DNA from: Microcoleus sp.
GTDB taxonomy: Bacteria; Cyanobacteriota; Cyanobacteriia; Cyanobacteriales; Microcoleaceae
DNA length: 64,000 nt
Direction of reading: 5' to 3'
Assembly (NCBI GenBank): GCA_052279835.1
Contig: CP181291.1
Coordinates: 4,384,001-4,448,000, forward strand
Under the pieces are notes generated by a model. It ran no database searches. It was given only the letters and a program-made list of their open reading frames with translations, and was not told the DNA's origin. Both the position numbers and the translations under genes were made by a program. Shown in pieces: positions 1-10,938 of the stretch (position 1 is its first letter; each line of letters starts with the position of its first letter).

Positions 1-3000
1 ACGTTAACTCGATCGCATAACTGCCATTAGCCCCGCCTTCTGTAGCAGTTGTTTCGGTAACACTAACAGAAACACCAGCCGTATCATTGTCCTTATTTGT
101 GATACCAACATCCGCTACATCTTTGTTATTGTAATTCGGGTCTGTACTAACAGTAGCCCCCGTAATAACTTTGTAGTCAATATCCCCGTCAGCGATATTA
201 TCATTAACCCCAGTTACTGTCACTGGTTGCGCTGTATCCCAGTTAGTCGGAGTGAAAGTTAAACTATTAGTCGAAACAGTTCCTTCCGCCACATTAGAAC
301 TATTCAAACCGATAGTCACATTAGCCGTCGGTTTAGTATTCAAAACCACAGCAAAATTTGCCTTAGTACCATCTTCACCAGTAGTCAACCCCGCCGTCGG
401 ATTGACTGTAATTCCCGGAGTTTCATTGTCGCTATTGGTGACGGTGACATCCAAGGGATTCAGATTCTTGTAATTAGCATCAGTGCTGACAGCAGCCGCC
501 GTGACAATTTTGTAAACTGCATTTCCATCAGCCACCAAATCGTCCACACCAGTCACCGTTACTGTTTGTAGTTGATTCCAGTTAGCCGGAGTGAAAGTTA
601 AGCTATTAGTCGAAACAGTTCCTTCAGCTACATTGTCACTACTCAAACCGATGGTAACGTTAGCAGTTGGTTGAGAATTTAGTTTGACTGTGAAATTAGC
701 TTTCCCGCCGACTTCACTGGTAGTCAATCCTGTTGGGTTAATCGTAATTCCCGGAGTATCATTGTCAGTATTAGTGACAGTGAGAACCAAGGGATTTAGA
801 TTCTTGTAATTAGCGTCGGTGGTGACAGCAGCCGCTGTCACAATTTTGTAAACTATATTGCCATCAGCTACAAAATCGTCAACACCAGTCACCGTTACTG
901 TTTGCTCTTGCTTCCAGTTAGTCGGAGTGAAAGTTAAGCTCGCCGGCGCAACAGTTCCTTCGGCAACATTGGAACTACTCAAACCGATGGTAACGTTAGC
1001 AGTTGGTTGAGAATTTAGTTTGACTGTGAAATTAGCTTTACCGCCAATTTCACTGGTAGTTAACCCCGTCGTACTCTGAGTAATACTAATAATTCCCGGA
1101 TTGTCATTGTCAGTGTTGGTGACTGTAACATCATCAGGATTCAGGCTATTGTAATTCGCGTCTGTACTAACAGCAGCCCCCGTAATAACTTTGTAGTCAA
1201 TATCCCCGTCAGCGATATCATCATTAACCCCAGTTACTGTCACTGGTTGTGCTGTATCCCAGTTAGCGGGAGTGAAAGTTAAGCTATTAGTTGCAATAGT
1301 TCCTTCAGCTACATTGTCACTACTCAAACCGATGGTAACATCAGCAGTTGGTTGAGTGTTAAGTTTGACTGTGAAAGTAGCTTTACCGCCTGCTTCGGTA
1401 GTTGATAATATTTTGGGATTGACAGTGATGCCGGCAGTGTCATCATTTTTGATAGTAGCTGTCGCAGTAGCCGTCGCAATAGTCGGCGCGCCGCCGGGTG
1501 AAACTGGATTTGATAAAGTAATGACAACAGTTTCATCTGGTTCTATATTGGCATCTCCCAACACATCCAAAGTAAGAGTTTTCGAGGTTTCGCCCGCTGC
1601 AAAACTGATTTTCCCAGTGGCTGCGGTTGCCCCAGAAGTGCCACCGATATTGTTGTAATCAGTGCCGTTTGTCGCAGTGCCAGTAATCGTGTAATCTACG
1701 GTACTCCCAATTTCCGTGCTGCCGTTGCGAGTAATGGTAAATGAGGCGGGAGTTTTCCCGGAATTGCCTTCATTAAGGCTAGGAGTATTGGTGGCAATAG
1801 TATAAGAACTATTCCTGTCCAATATTCCCACTTTTACTTGATTGCTGGAACCGCTACTCGAACCAGCAACGGCAGTGCCACCTGTAATTTTGCCAAAATT
1901 GAGAACTATTTGTTCGTTACTGTCAACGATATTGTCAGCTTTAATCGTAACTGCAATATTCTGGGTGAGAGTGGTAGTGTTAGCAGGAAAAGTCAGGGAT
2001 GTAGTTGAAAGAGTGTAGTCTGCACCTTGGGTTGCTGTGCTGCTGGGGTCGATGATAATTGGTACAACTACATCGCCGAAGGAACTGCTGTTGCTGATGG
2101 TGACGGGGACATTAATTACTGTGTCGGTACTGCCTTCATTTACGCTGTAAGTGTTGCCTACTTTGGGAGTAACAAAAGACACGTTACTTGGTGTATTTAG
2201 CAGAATGGAAACATTGTTAGAACTGTTGTTCGATACTGCAAAATCTGGGATAGTGTCAGCATTAAAGTCCCCAGCAATAAGGGAAGTTGGAGTTGTCCCC
2301 GCAGGAAAGTTAATGGGAGTGCTAAAGCCACCATTACCGTTGCCAAGTAAAATTGTAGCGCTGTTAATGCTGCCATATGCTAATGCTAAGTCAAGTTTGT
2401 TATCTCCGTTAAAGTCTTTGGCAACAATGTCGGAAAGTCCTGCCCCCGCGCCTGCGCTAATATTAGTGGGTGTGCCAAAGCCACCCGTGCCATTTCCCAA
2501 GAGAATTGAGACATTGTTAGTACCGCTGTTAACTGTGGCTAAGTCCAGGAAATTGTCTCCGTTAAAGTCCCCAGTGGCGATGGAATTGGGATTTTGTCCC
2601 GTTGCAAAATTAGTCGTTGCACTAAATCCGCCCGTGCCATTTCCTAACAGAATTGAGACATTATTAGATAAGCTGTTATTAACGGCTAAGTCTGGTAAAT
2701 TATCAGAGTTAAAGTTGCCTACAACGATGTCACCCGGAATCGAACCAACATTAAAATTAGTGGCTGCGCTAAAGCTGCCAGTGCCAGTTCCGAGTAAAAT
2801 GGAAACGCTACCAGTACCACCAGGGTTAGCATTTACCACTGCTAAATCGATGAAATTGTCGGCATTAAAGTTGCCTGTGGCGATCGATATAGGAAAGTTC
2901 CCGGCAGTAAAGTTCGTAGCTGCACCGAAGCCGCCCGTGCCATTTCCTAACAGAATGGAGATATTATTATTATTATTTGCTACTGCTAAGTCAGGAAAAG

Positions 3001-3937
3001 TGTCATTATTAAATAGTCCCGATGTGACGAAAACCGGGTTTAAACCTACGGCAAAGTTGGTAGCTGTTCCAAAACCTCCTGTACCATTTCCTAACAAGAT
3101 GGAAATGTTGTCGTCATTCTGGTTTGTTACTACCAAGTCTGGGAAGGCATCAGCGTTAAAATTTCCTACATTAATACCTCTGGGATTGGTTCCTACGCCA
3201 AAATTAGTAGCGGTACTAAAACTATTCAAAACGTGTTCGTAACCTGCTAATACTTCTGCTTCAAATACTAGCGGTGTTTTAATCGATCCAGTGCTTGTTT
3301 CTAGTTCCCAGTCGCCACCTTTTGTCGCGCTTCCGTTGAGGCTTTTGGAGGCGGCAACGTTGGTATTGGTTAGTTGGGCGATGCGCTGGATGAATGCGAA
3401 ACCATCTATTTCTAAATCTACATCTAAATTTCTCGCTTGTTCCCCGGTTCCGCCGGGGGTTGAAACCCCCGTCTCATAGCGAAAGTCCTCTAAAGAGGAC
3501 TGAATAAATGAGTTTTTCCCAGTCGGTTTCAACCGAATTTCGCTATGAGACGGGGAATTAATTCCCCGGCGGACTCTCGGATAAACGCGAGGCCCAGATG
3601 CCACATTGCAACCGTAAATCAGAATATCCGCATTGTCTGTAAAAGCACTCCGCCATTGCTGCAATTGTTCGGAATATGTTTCTAAATTAGCTTCGGAAAA
3701 TCTGGTTTTTCCCAGTTGCAAGCTACCGGGAGCACCGTGAGAAACTATATGAATGCTGTCAATATTGGTACGACACGCTAAGATTTGAGTAATTTGCTCG
3801 ATCGCATCTTTCTGCCCATCCAAAACTACTACTTCCGTACCCGCCTTCACCCCGGCAATCAAACTTTGATAATCTTCTACTTTACTGTCGATAAAGGCGA
3901 TCGCACTTAGGGAAACTTTACTATTTAAATTTGGCAT
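1..3937 (-). CDS. Large surface/adhesin-like protein: DUF4347 + FG-GAP repeats + Calx-beta/cadherin-like repeats (3' end outside window)
   Basis: Absent from ORF track because it runs off the window. Manual translation from ATG 3937: MPNLNSKVSLSAIAFIDSKVEDYQSL...IHIVSHGAPGSLQLG...ILIYGCNVA...GGDWELE (DUF4347); then about seven GNFNxDxFPDLxV..SILLGNGTGGF repeats (~2160-3230); then repeated LTFTPxNW...VTVTGVxD...DND units. The same frame is still coding at position 2. Confidence 0.9.
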   Translation of the reverse strand, partial: MPNLNSKVSLSAIAFIDSKVEDYQSLIAGVKAGTEVVVLDGQKDAIEQITQILACRTNIDSIHIVSHGAPGSLQLGKTRFSEANLETYSEQLQQWRSAFTDNADILIYGCNVASGPRVYPRVRRGINSPSHSEIRLKPTGKNSFIQSSLEDFRYETGVSTPGGTGEQARNLDVDLEIDGFAFIQRIAQLTNTNVAASKSLNGSATKGGDWELETSTGSIKTPLVFEAEVLAGYEHVLNSFSTATNFGVGTNPRGINVGNFNADAFPDLVVTNQNDDNISILLGNGTGGFGTATNFAVGLNPVFVTSGLFNNDTFPDLAVANNNNNISILLGNGTGGFGAATNFTAGNFPISIATGNFNADNFIDLAVVNANPGGTGSVSILLGTGTGSFSAATNFNVGSIPGDIVVGNFNSDNLPDLAVNNSLSNNVSILLGNGTGGFSATTNFATGQNPNSIATGDFNGDNFLDLATVNSGTNNVSILLGNGTGGFGTPTNISAGAGAGLSDIVAKDFNGDNKLDLALAYGSINSATILLGNGNGGFSTPINFPAGTTPTSLIAGDFNADTIPDFAVSNNSSNNVSILLNTPSNVSFVTPKVGNTYSVNEGSTDTVINVPVTISNSSSFGDVVVPIIIDPSSTATQGADYTLSTTSLTFPANTTTLTQNIAVTIKADNIVDSNEQIVLNFGKITGGTAVAGSSSGSSNQVKVGILDRNSSYTIATNTPSLNEGNSGKTPASFTITRNGSTEIGSTVDYTITGTATNGTDYNNIGGTSGATAATGKISFAAGETSKTLTLDVLGDANIEPDETVVITLSNPVSPGGAPTIATATATATIKNDDTAGITVNPKILSTTEAGGKATFTVKLNTQPTADVTIGLSSDNVAEGTIATNSLTFTPANWDTAQPVTVTGVNDDIADGDIDYKVITGAAVSTDANYNSLNPDDVTVTNTDNDNPGIISITQSTTGLTTSEIGGKANFTVKLNSQPTANVTIGLSSSNVAEGTVAPASLTFTPTNWKQEQTVTVTGVDDFVADGNIVYKIVTAAAVTTDANYKNLNPLVLTVTNTDNDTPGITINPTGLTTSEVGGKANFTVKLNSQPTANVTIGLSSDNVAEGTVSTNSLTFTPANWNQLQTVTVTGVDDLVADGNAVYKIVTAAAVSTDANYKNLNPLDVTVTNSDNETPGITVNPTAGLTTGEDGTKANFAVVLNTKPTANVTIGLNSSNVAEGTVSTNSLTFTPTNWDTAQPVTVTGVNDNIADGDIDYKVITGATVSTDPNYNNKDVADVGITNKDNDTAGVSVSVTETTATEGGANGSYAIELT
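3449..3573. mobile_element. 125-bp palindromic MITE-like element inside the DUF4347 coding region
   Basis: Ends tccgccgggg / ccccggcgga; internal inverted gtctcatagcgaaa / tttcgctatgagac; sub-hairpins agtcctctaaagaggact and cggtttcaaccg. A related half-copy lies at 47615-47658. Confidence 0.8.
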
Positions 3938-4338
3938 AATACACCTGACTGGGGGTAAAAAAAAGACAACAATTCCCCGGTTTCGTGACTTGCATCCGAA
4001 ACTATTTTTGAATGTTGTAGCAACTCTAACAGTATTTTCAGAGAATATCTGTAAAGTTTTGCTGAAAAATACCTGTTTAAATAAATTTTTGATGAAGATG
4101 GAAGATTTATTAAGTAATATTGCGGAAAATCTACTGCGAGGTCGATCGCTTAACCAAAAAAATTAATCGCCAGAGCAATTATACTAAGAGATTGAGAGGG
4201 TATTTTTGATATACAGCATATTCTATGTATAGGTGGTACGCGCAATCTTTTGAAGCGAGTCAGGTGCGTGGCGATCGATTAATAGTAAACAATTGCGTCA
4301 GTTTTTAGTGACAGAACGCCAAGTTAGTTTGAGTGAAC

Positions 4339-4530
4339 TTGACACTCCCCGGTCTGAAGACGCGGGGATTCTTAAGGACAAACTTTGGGGGATGAATCCG
4401 CCCAAAGTTTAATTATTAAAGGGTTAGTCAGTAACCCGCTACCCACTCGCTCTGCGGATTGAGTCTATGACTACTTATAAATCCTAAGGCATTAATTTCT
4501 GCCATTGGGTGATATTTGATACAAACCCCT
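4339..4530 (-). mobile_element. IS200/IS605-family (tnpB) 3' remnant with right end
   Basis: Minus strand ends AAGAATCCCCGCGTCTTCAGACCGGGGAGTGTCAA (subterminal hairpin + TCAA end typical of IS605-group right ends). Upstream broken frames read RGLY..NGR/INA and VGSGLLTNPLIIKL, resembling cyanobacterial TnpB C-termini. Confidence 0.65.
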
Positions 4531-5013
4531 AACTGGGCCAGGCACTGTCTGTGGCTGTTGCTCGGAAGCGGGCAACTGTTCTTGAACTCCGGTAGCAGTA
4601 GGGAAACAGCCACTGGGCTGGGGTGCGAATTGGCAAGCTGGAGGCAGTGCCATTACAGATGAATCGAAGGGATTGACTGCATCTGGAACGCGGAGAATTG
4701 GATCGCTGGAAACTTGGCGCTGCATCATTTGTCGGTAAAAGCCGTTGACGCGACTGGCGTCCCGCTCGATTTCTTTTTCGGGAAAAGCAACTACGCCGCT
4801 GGGGGAACCGATGCCTAAGTAATCGCCCAAGTAACCTTGGAGGCTGACGTTGTGGTAAAAGTCTCCTGAACTCTGAAAGAATTGCCGATTGAAATCGTCG
4901 GAGATAGGGTGAAATCTAGCTGGTTCTGCTTGGGCTGGTTTCACGGATGCCAAGGTGGCAGAAACGACTGTCATCATCAATATACTACTTAAGCTTTTTA
5001 ACTTGTGGCCCAT
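4492..5013 (-). CDS. Hypothetical secreted protein
   Basis: 173-aa ORF with signal peptide (..KPAQA|E) and Pro/Gln-rich tail ending PVRGLYQISPNGRN. Confidence 0.75.
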   Translation of the reverse strand: MGHKLKSLSSILMMTVVSATLASVKPAQAEPARFHPISDDFNRQFFQSSGDFYHNVSLQGYLGDYLGIGSPSGVVAFPEKEIERDASRVNGFYRQMMQRQVSSDPILRVPDAVNPFDSSVMALPPACQFAPQPSGCFPTATGVQEQLPASEQQPQTVPGPVRGLYQISPNGRN

Positions 5014-5097
5014 GATATTGAAGCTTCTAAATTAATTACGGTTCCAATATAGACTGATTATCGGCAGATTATTTTTGTTTTGTACACGGTGTCAGTT

Positions 5098-5673
5098 ATG
5101 AATGTTGAAGATTTGAAGGTGTGGCGCGATCGACTTTTGGATTTGTTGTGCTCTTTTGCGTATCGTGAGGGGGATTTTGTGTTGTCTTCGGGACAGAAAA
5201 GCTCCTATTACATTAACTGCAAACCGGTGACTCTGCATCCTGAAGGTGCTTTGGCGACGGGGAGGTTGCTGTTGTCGATGCTGTCGGCGGATGTGGACGC
5301 TGTGGCTGGTTTGACTTTGGGGGCCGATCCAATTGTAAGTGCGGTGAGTGTGGTTTCGGCTTTGGGCGATCGACCAATACCAGCTTTGATTGTCAGAAAG
5401 GAAGCCAAAGGACATGGAACAATGGCATATATTGAGGGGCCAACGCTGTCTGAGGGTGCGAAAGTGGTGGTTTTGGAGGATGTGGTGACGACGGGTAAGT
5501 CAGCGATGCAGGCGGTGGAGAGGCTACGGGGTGCGGGTTATAAGGTCGATCGTATTTTGTCTCTGATCGATAGAGAGCAAGGTGGGGCGGAGTTTTATCG
5601 CTCTGTTGGCTTGGATTTTGAGGCGGTATTTACAATTAAGGATATTCAGGAGTGGATAGCTAATAAGTCCTAA
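5098..5673 (+). CDS. pyrE: Orotate phosphoribosyltransferase
   Basis: FVLSSGQKSSYYINCK, RKEAKGHG loop, PRPP motif VVVLEDVVTTGKS. Confidence 0.95.
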   Translation: MNVEDLKVWRDRLLDLLCSFAYREGDFVLSSGQKSSYYINCKPVTLHPEGALATGRLLLSMLSADVDAVAGLTLGADPIVSAVSVVSALGDRPIPALIVRKEAKGHGTMAYIEGPTLSEGAKVVVLEDVVTTGKSAMQAVERLRGAGYKVDRILSLIDREQGGAEFYRSVGLDFEAVFTIKDIQEWIANKS

Positions 5674-6158
5674 GATTTAATCAACCGCGAAGGCGCAAAG
5701 AACACGAAGGAAGAGAACAAGATTCTCGTTACCAGGCTCTGCCTGGTAATGAATATCTAGAGGCTCTGCCTCGCTCAAAAAATAGTAGAATATCTGAGGT
5801 TTGACTGCCCGCTTAATCGCCATGCCAAAAATCCGTTTCATTGACTTATTCGGAGGAATAGGTGGCATGAGATTTTATCGCTCTGTTGGCTTGGATTTTG
5901 AGGCGGTATTTACAATTAAGGATATTCAGGAGTGGATGGCTAATAAGTCCTAAGATTTAAGCAACCGCGAAGGCGCAAAGAACGCGAAGGAAGAGAAAGA
6001 AGAAGATTCTTGTTACCAGGCTCTGCCTGGTAATGAATATCTAGAGGCTCTGCCTCGATCAAAAAATAGTAGAATATCTGAGGTTTGACTGCCTGCTTAA
6101 TCGCTATGCAAAAAATCCGTTTCATTGACTTATTTGCAGGAATAGGCGGCATGAGATT
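5593..6158 (+). repeat. Diverged tandem duplication (~280 bp unit) spanning pyrE 3' end, intergenic region and methyltransferase 5' end
   Basis: ttttatcgctctgttggcttggattttgagg starts at 5593 and again at 5873; both units run to ggcatgagatt; the copies differ by multiple substitutions and small indels. Confidence 0.95.
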
Positions 6159-7398
6159 AGCCTTTGAATCCGCCGCTAGTTCCTTGAATATTCAAACAGA
6201 ATGCGTATTAAGTAGCGAAATCAATCCCGACGCTCAATCAGTGTACCAGACAAATTTTGGCGACACACCTTCAGGCGACATCCGACTAATTGACCAACTC
6301 CCAGACCATGACATTTTACTAGCAGGATTTCCGTGCCAATCTTTCTCCTACGCAGGCAAAAAAGCAGGCTTTGGAGACACCAGAGGCACGCTGTTTTTTG
6401 AGATTGTACGACTGATTGACACTTTTAAACCTCAAGCATTTATTTTCGAGAACGTGCGAGGACTTGTCTCCCATGACAGCGGACAAACCTTAGCAACTAT
6501 CAAAGGCGAAATGACCAGCCGAGGTTATAGCTTCGATTACTTTGTACTCAACAGCTCTAACTTTAGTTTACCTCAAAACCGCGTCCGAGTTTACCTAGTC
6601 GGAGTTTTAAATACTGTTCCGCAATATAACTTAATTTCCGACTTGGGACCAAAAGATTCCCATTCCTCTAGCCATCAACAACTCTCATTATTTTATCCCT
6701 TAAATAAACCAGTCACAGTTGCAGACATATTAGAAGATAATCCAGATGCAAAATATAATTGTTCCCCAGAATTTGTCAAGGCTTTGAAACAAATCGTTAA
6801 CAACGACCTCAATCGCTTGCACGGAATGCGACTAATCGACTATCGTGGTGGTAATTCCATTCATTCTTGGGAATTGGGTTTGCGGGGCCAGTGCAGTTTA
6901 GCAGAAATTGAATTGATGAATCTTTTTATATTGAAAAGGCGTAATAAAGAATTTGGGAACCACCAAGATGGGAAGCTTTTAACTAAAGAGCAAATAGCTA
7001 CTTTTTTTGCTCATCCCCATCTCGATGAAATTTTAGATTACCTGGTAACAAAAAAGTACCTGCAACGACATAATCAACTTTACAAACCTGTATCCGGTAA
7101 CTTTTCTTTTGAAGTATTTAAGTTTATTGACCCAGATAAAATTTCTGTAACAGTTGTTGCTAGCGATGCTAATAGATTAGGAATTTATCATCATCACCGA
7201 GTTCGGAGAATTACGCCCCGTGAAGCGGCGCGTTTACAAGGTTTTCCAGATAATTTTAGTTTGCATTCCAATGATGATAAAGCCTATCATCAAATGGGTA
7301 ACAGTGTCAGCGTCAATGTAGTTAAAGCTGTTGCTAAAGAAGTTATTCAGAATGTCTTATATTCTGCAAAACAAGTTCCTTTGAAAAATGCAGTTTAA
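6106..7398 (+). CDS. DNA (cytosine-5)-methyltransferase, M.BanI-like
   Basis: Motifs FIDLFAGIGG, GFPCQ, ENVRG, QNRVR, REAARLQGFP, MGNSV. The variable-region stretch LIDYRGGNSIHSWELG matches my recollection of M.BanI (GGYRCC). Confidence 0.92.
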   Translation: MQKIRFIDLFAGIGGMRLAFESAASSLNIQTECVLSSEINPDAQSVYQTNFGDTPSGDIRLIDQLPDHDILLAGFPCQSFSYAGKKAGFGDTRGTLFFEIVRLIDTFKPQAFIFENVRGLVSHDSGQTLATIKGEMTSRGYSFDYFVLNSSNFSLPQNRVRVYLVGVLNTVPQYNLISDLGPKDSHSSSHQQLSLFYPLNKPVTVADILEDNPDAKYNCSPEFVKALKQIVNNDLNRLHGMRLIDYRGGNSIHSWELGLRGQCSLAEIELMNLFILKRRNKEFGNHQDGKLLTKEQIATFFAHPHLDEILDYLVTKKYLQRHNQLYKPVSGNFSFEVFKFIDPDKISVTVVASDANRLGIYHHHRVRRITPREAARLQGFPDNFSLHSNDDKAYHQMGNSVSVNVVKAVAKEVIQNVLYSAKQVPLKNAV

Positions 7399-7485
7399 TC
7401 GGCATCAATCAGACAATTTATGCTATCTCTCTCCTCTTCTCTTTCTCTGCGCTCTCTGCGCTCTCTGTGGTAAAATAATTCCAAA

Positions 7486-8076
7486 TTAGTCTGGAGTTGA
7501 AGAAATACGATCGCCCGCACCGAATATCGAATCTACACTGACTGTAAAATCAGAAAAGGCGATCGGTGCAACCTCTTGACCAGCATACAACTTTAGTATT
7601 AAACTATAGCCGTTCGGTGTGGGCTGGCGGTATACTTCCAAGCAGTTTTCAATTAAATTGACCAGCCAAACCTCTTGAATGAGCGATCGGGCATAAATCG
7701 GAATTTTGACATCTCTGTCATTATCCACTGTACTGTCAGCTACCTCTACTAAAAGTAACACTTCTGAAGGAACTGGATGTGCTGTCCCGTAATCATCATC
7801 GCGAAATTGAAGCAATACTACATCAGGCTGCGGTTCAGTACGTTCACTTAACTGAACTGGATTTTGAACATCAACGATAACTCTATCTTCTGGTAATCGG
7901 TGGAAAAGTCGGTTAAGTCGTCTCACAGCAGTGGCGTGACGAGTCCCAATTGCAGCCATTTGAATAATTTCTCCTTCAATGAGTTCAACGCGATCGGTTT
8001 CAGAAAGAATCCCTGTTTCACTCATCAAATGATACTCTTTCACCGTAAATAGCCGTCTTTGAAGTTGAAGGGACAT
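7486..8076 (-). CDS. Uma2 (DUF820) family putative endonuclease
   Basis: RVELIEGEII, EPQPDV, LLVEVADST, KIPIYARSLIQEVWLV. Confidence 0.9.
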   Translation of the reverse strand: MSLQLQRRLFTVKEYHLMSETGILSETDRVELIEGEIIQMAAIGTRHATAVRRLNRLFHRLPEDRVIVDVQNPVQLSERTEPQPDVVLLQFRDDDYGTAHPVPSEVLLLVEVADSTVDNDRDVKIPIYARSLIQEVWLVNLIENCLEVYRQPTPNGYSLILKLYAGQEVAPIAFSDFTVSVDSIFGAGDRISSTPD

Positions 8077-8164
8077 CGCGATTCTCCTTTGCCAAAACTC
8101 CTTTTAATATAACAAATTTACCATTAAGTAAGGCGGGAAATGCCCGCCCTACCAATCAATTGAG

Positions 8165-9637
<1,473 letters not shown>

Positions 9638-9804
9638 GCTATTAATAATACCACTGATGTCTGTATGAGTTCAAAGCAATTAAGGAAATCTTAATAAGGA
9701 TGATGACTGAGGAGATGGGGAGATGGGAACTGCGATCGGGATTTATGATATTCGTGCTGTAAAAAAAGTGCGATCGTACCCCCATTTAACACCGGAAAAA
9801 ACCC

Positions 9805-10665
9805 TCAGACTTCATCAGGATTAATTCCCATTTCGCGCAATTTTGCTGCTAGGCGATCGGCCCGTTGTTTTTCTTCCTCTGCGCGAAGATGTTCTTCCTC
9901 CGCGCGAAGATGTTCTTCCTCTGCGCGAAGATGTTCTTCTCCAGCACGAAGACGCTCTCGTTCTGCGCGAAGGCGTTCTTTTTCCGCACGTTCTTCCCCA
10001 ATTAATAACAAATTCCCTTCACTATCCCACCAACGTAACCAAGGCAAATTCATCTCATCATATTCGCCTTGCCAAATTCCCAACTCAACTCCAAGCTGAG
10101 GAATCGGATAGCGACCGCGCTCATTTGGAATCATTAGCTGATAGCGATTATCTTGTAAATGATACATTTCTACAGCAGCTTTTTTTACTTCATAAATTCC
10201 ATAAAAAGGTACGCGGATCGCCTGCTCGTAAACCCAAAATTTGCCCACCTTTTGTTCTTCTGTTTGTCCTAATTCAGGTGGTGGCGTTCTATCTCGCTCT
10301 TCTGCACCATTCCCCGATACAAATTCCAAAACAATCAGCGGTGCAACGTATTCTTTCCACAATACATAAGAACGTCGCACCTCACCATTTAATAGTGGGG
10401 GAACATTCGGCACATAAAACCAATCAGGTGCTTCTGCACCCCGTTCTAGAGGGTCAGTTAAACGCCAATAAATCCCGCAATCTTGACCGATGCGGTAGCG
10501 TGCATCAGGATGAATTTGTTGCAATATTGGTCGGAGTGAATCAGTGAGAATAATGCTTTGAGGAAGTTCTTGAAAATTTTTCACAAAAGTACCGTCCGAC
10601 TCTGGTAATTCAGTGTGGTCTGGGAGATGGGTGACTTCCAATTCAAATGATTTGGCAACTGTCAT
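9805..10665 (-). CDS. Uma2 family protein with C-terminal coiled-coil heptad repeats
   Basis: Likely start MTVAKS; LPDHTELPESDG, EAPDWFYV, LEFVSG, WLRWWD; tail of RAEEEHL-type repeats (21-bp unit). Confidence 0.88.
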   Translation of the reverse strand: MTVAKSFELEVTHLPDHTELPESDGTFVKNFQELPQSIILTDSLRPILQQIHPDARYRIGQDCGIYWRLTDPLERGAEAPDWFYVPNVPPLLNGEVRRSYVLWKEYVAPLIVLEFVSGNGAEERDRTPPPELGQTEEQKVGKFWVYEQAIRVPFYGIYEVKKAAVEMYHLQDNRYQLMIPNERGRYPIPQLGVELGIWQGEYDEMNLPWLRWWDSEGNLLLIGEERAEKERLRAERERLRAGEEHLRAEEEHLRAEEEHLRAEEEKQRADRLAAKLREMGINPDEV

Positions 10666-10703
10666 AGAACTTGCGCTATTTGAGGAATTAAACTGATTAT
10701 AGC

Positions 10704-10808
10704 AGAAGGAAGAAGGAAGAAGGAAGAAGGAAGAAGTCACCCCCCCCAGCCCCCCCCAAGGGGGGAAATTCAGGAAGAAGGAAGAAGGAAGAAGGAAGAA
10801 GGAAGAAG
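10704..10808. repeat. (GAAGGAA)n heptamer arrays flanking a CCCCCCAAGGGGGG small dispersed repeat
   Basis: Read directly from sequence. Confidence 0.85.
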
Positions 10809-10938
10809 CGAAATTTCGCGAGTTACAATCGCCAGCGAAATTAGTAAAGTTTAATAATATTAGTCCTGGACGCGCTGCGACCCAAAAAACCCGGTTTCTA
10901 AGCCTCGATGCGTAAATCCTAAACATAAAAAAATCAGC

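Noticed and set aside
2151..3242. 363-aa plus-strand ORF (also 252-473 and 1356-1658)
   Set aside because: Antisense shadow of the FG-GAP/Calx repeats in the minus-strand gene.
5677..6152. Twin minus-strand ORFs MPPIP...
   Set aside because: Antisense by-products of the tandem duplication and repeats.
6106..8076. Methyltransferase + Uma2 as a restriction-modification pair
   Set aside because: Uma2 genes are multicopy (three here) and do not resemble a cognate type II endonuclease.
9843..10547. 234-aa plus-strand ORF
   Set aside because: Antisense to a well-supported Uma2 gene.
10666..10926. N-terminal extension of the Uma2 ORF
   Set aside because: Composed of STRR and dispersed repeats (SSFFLLP).
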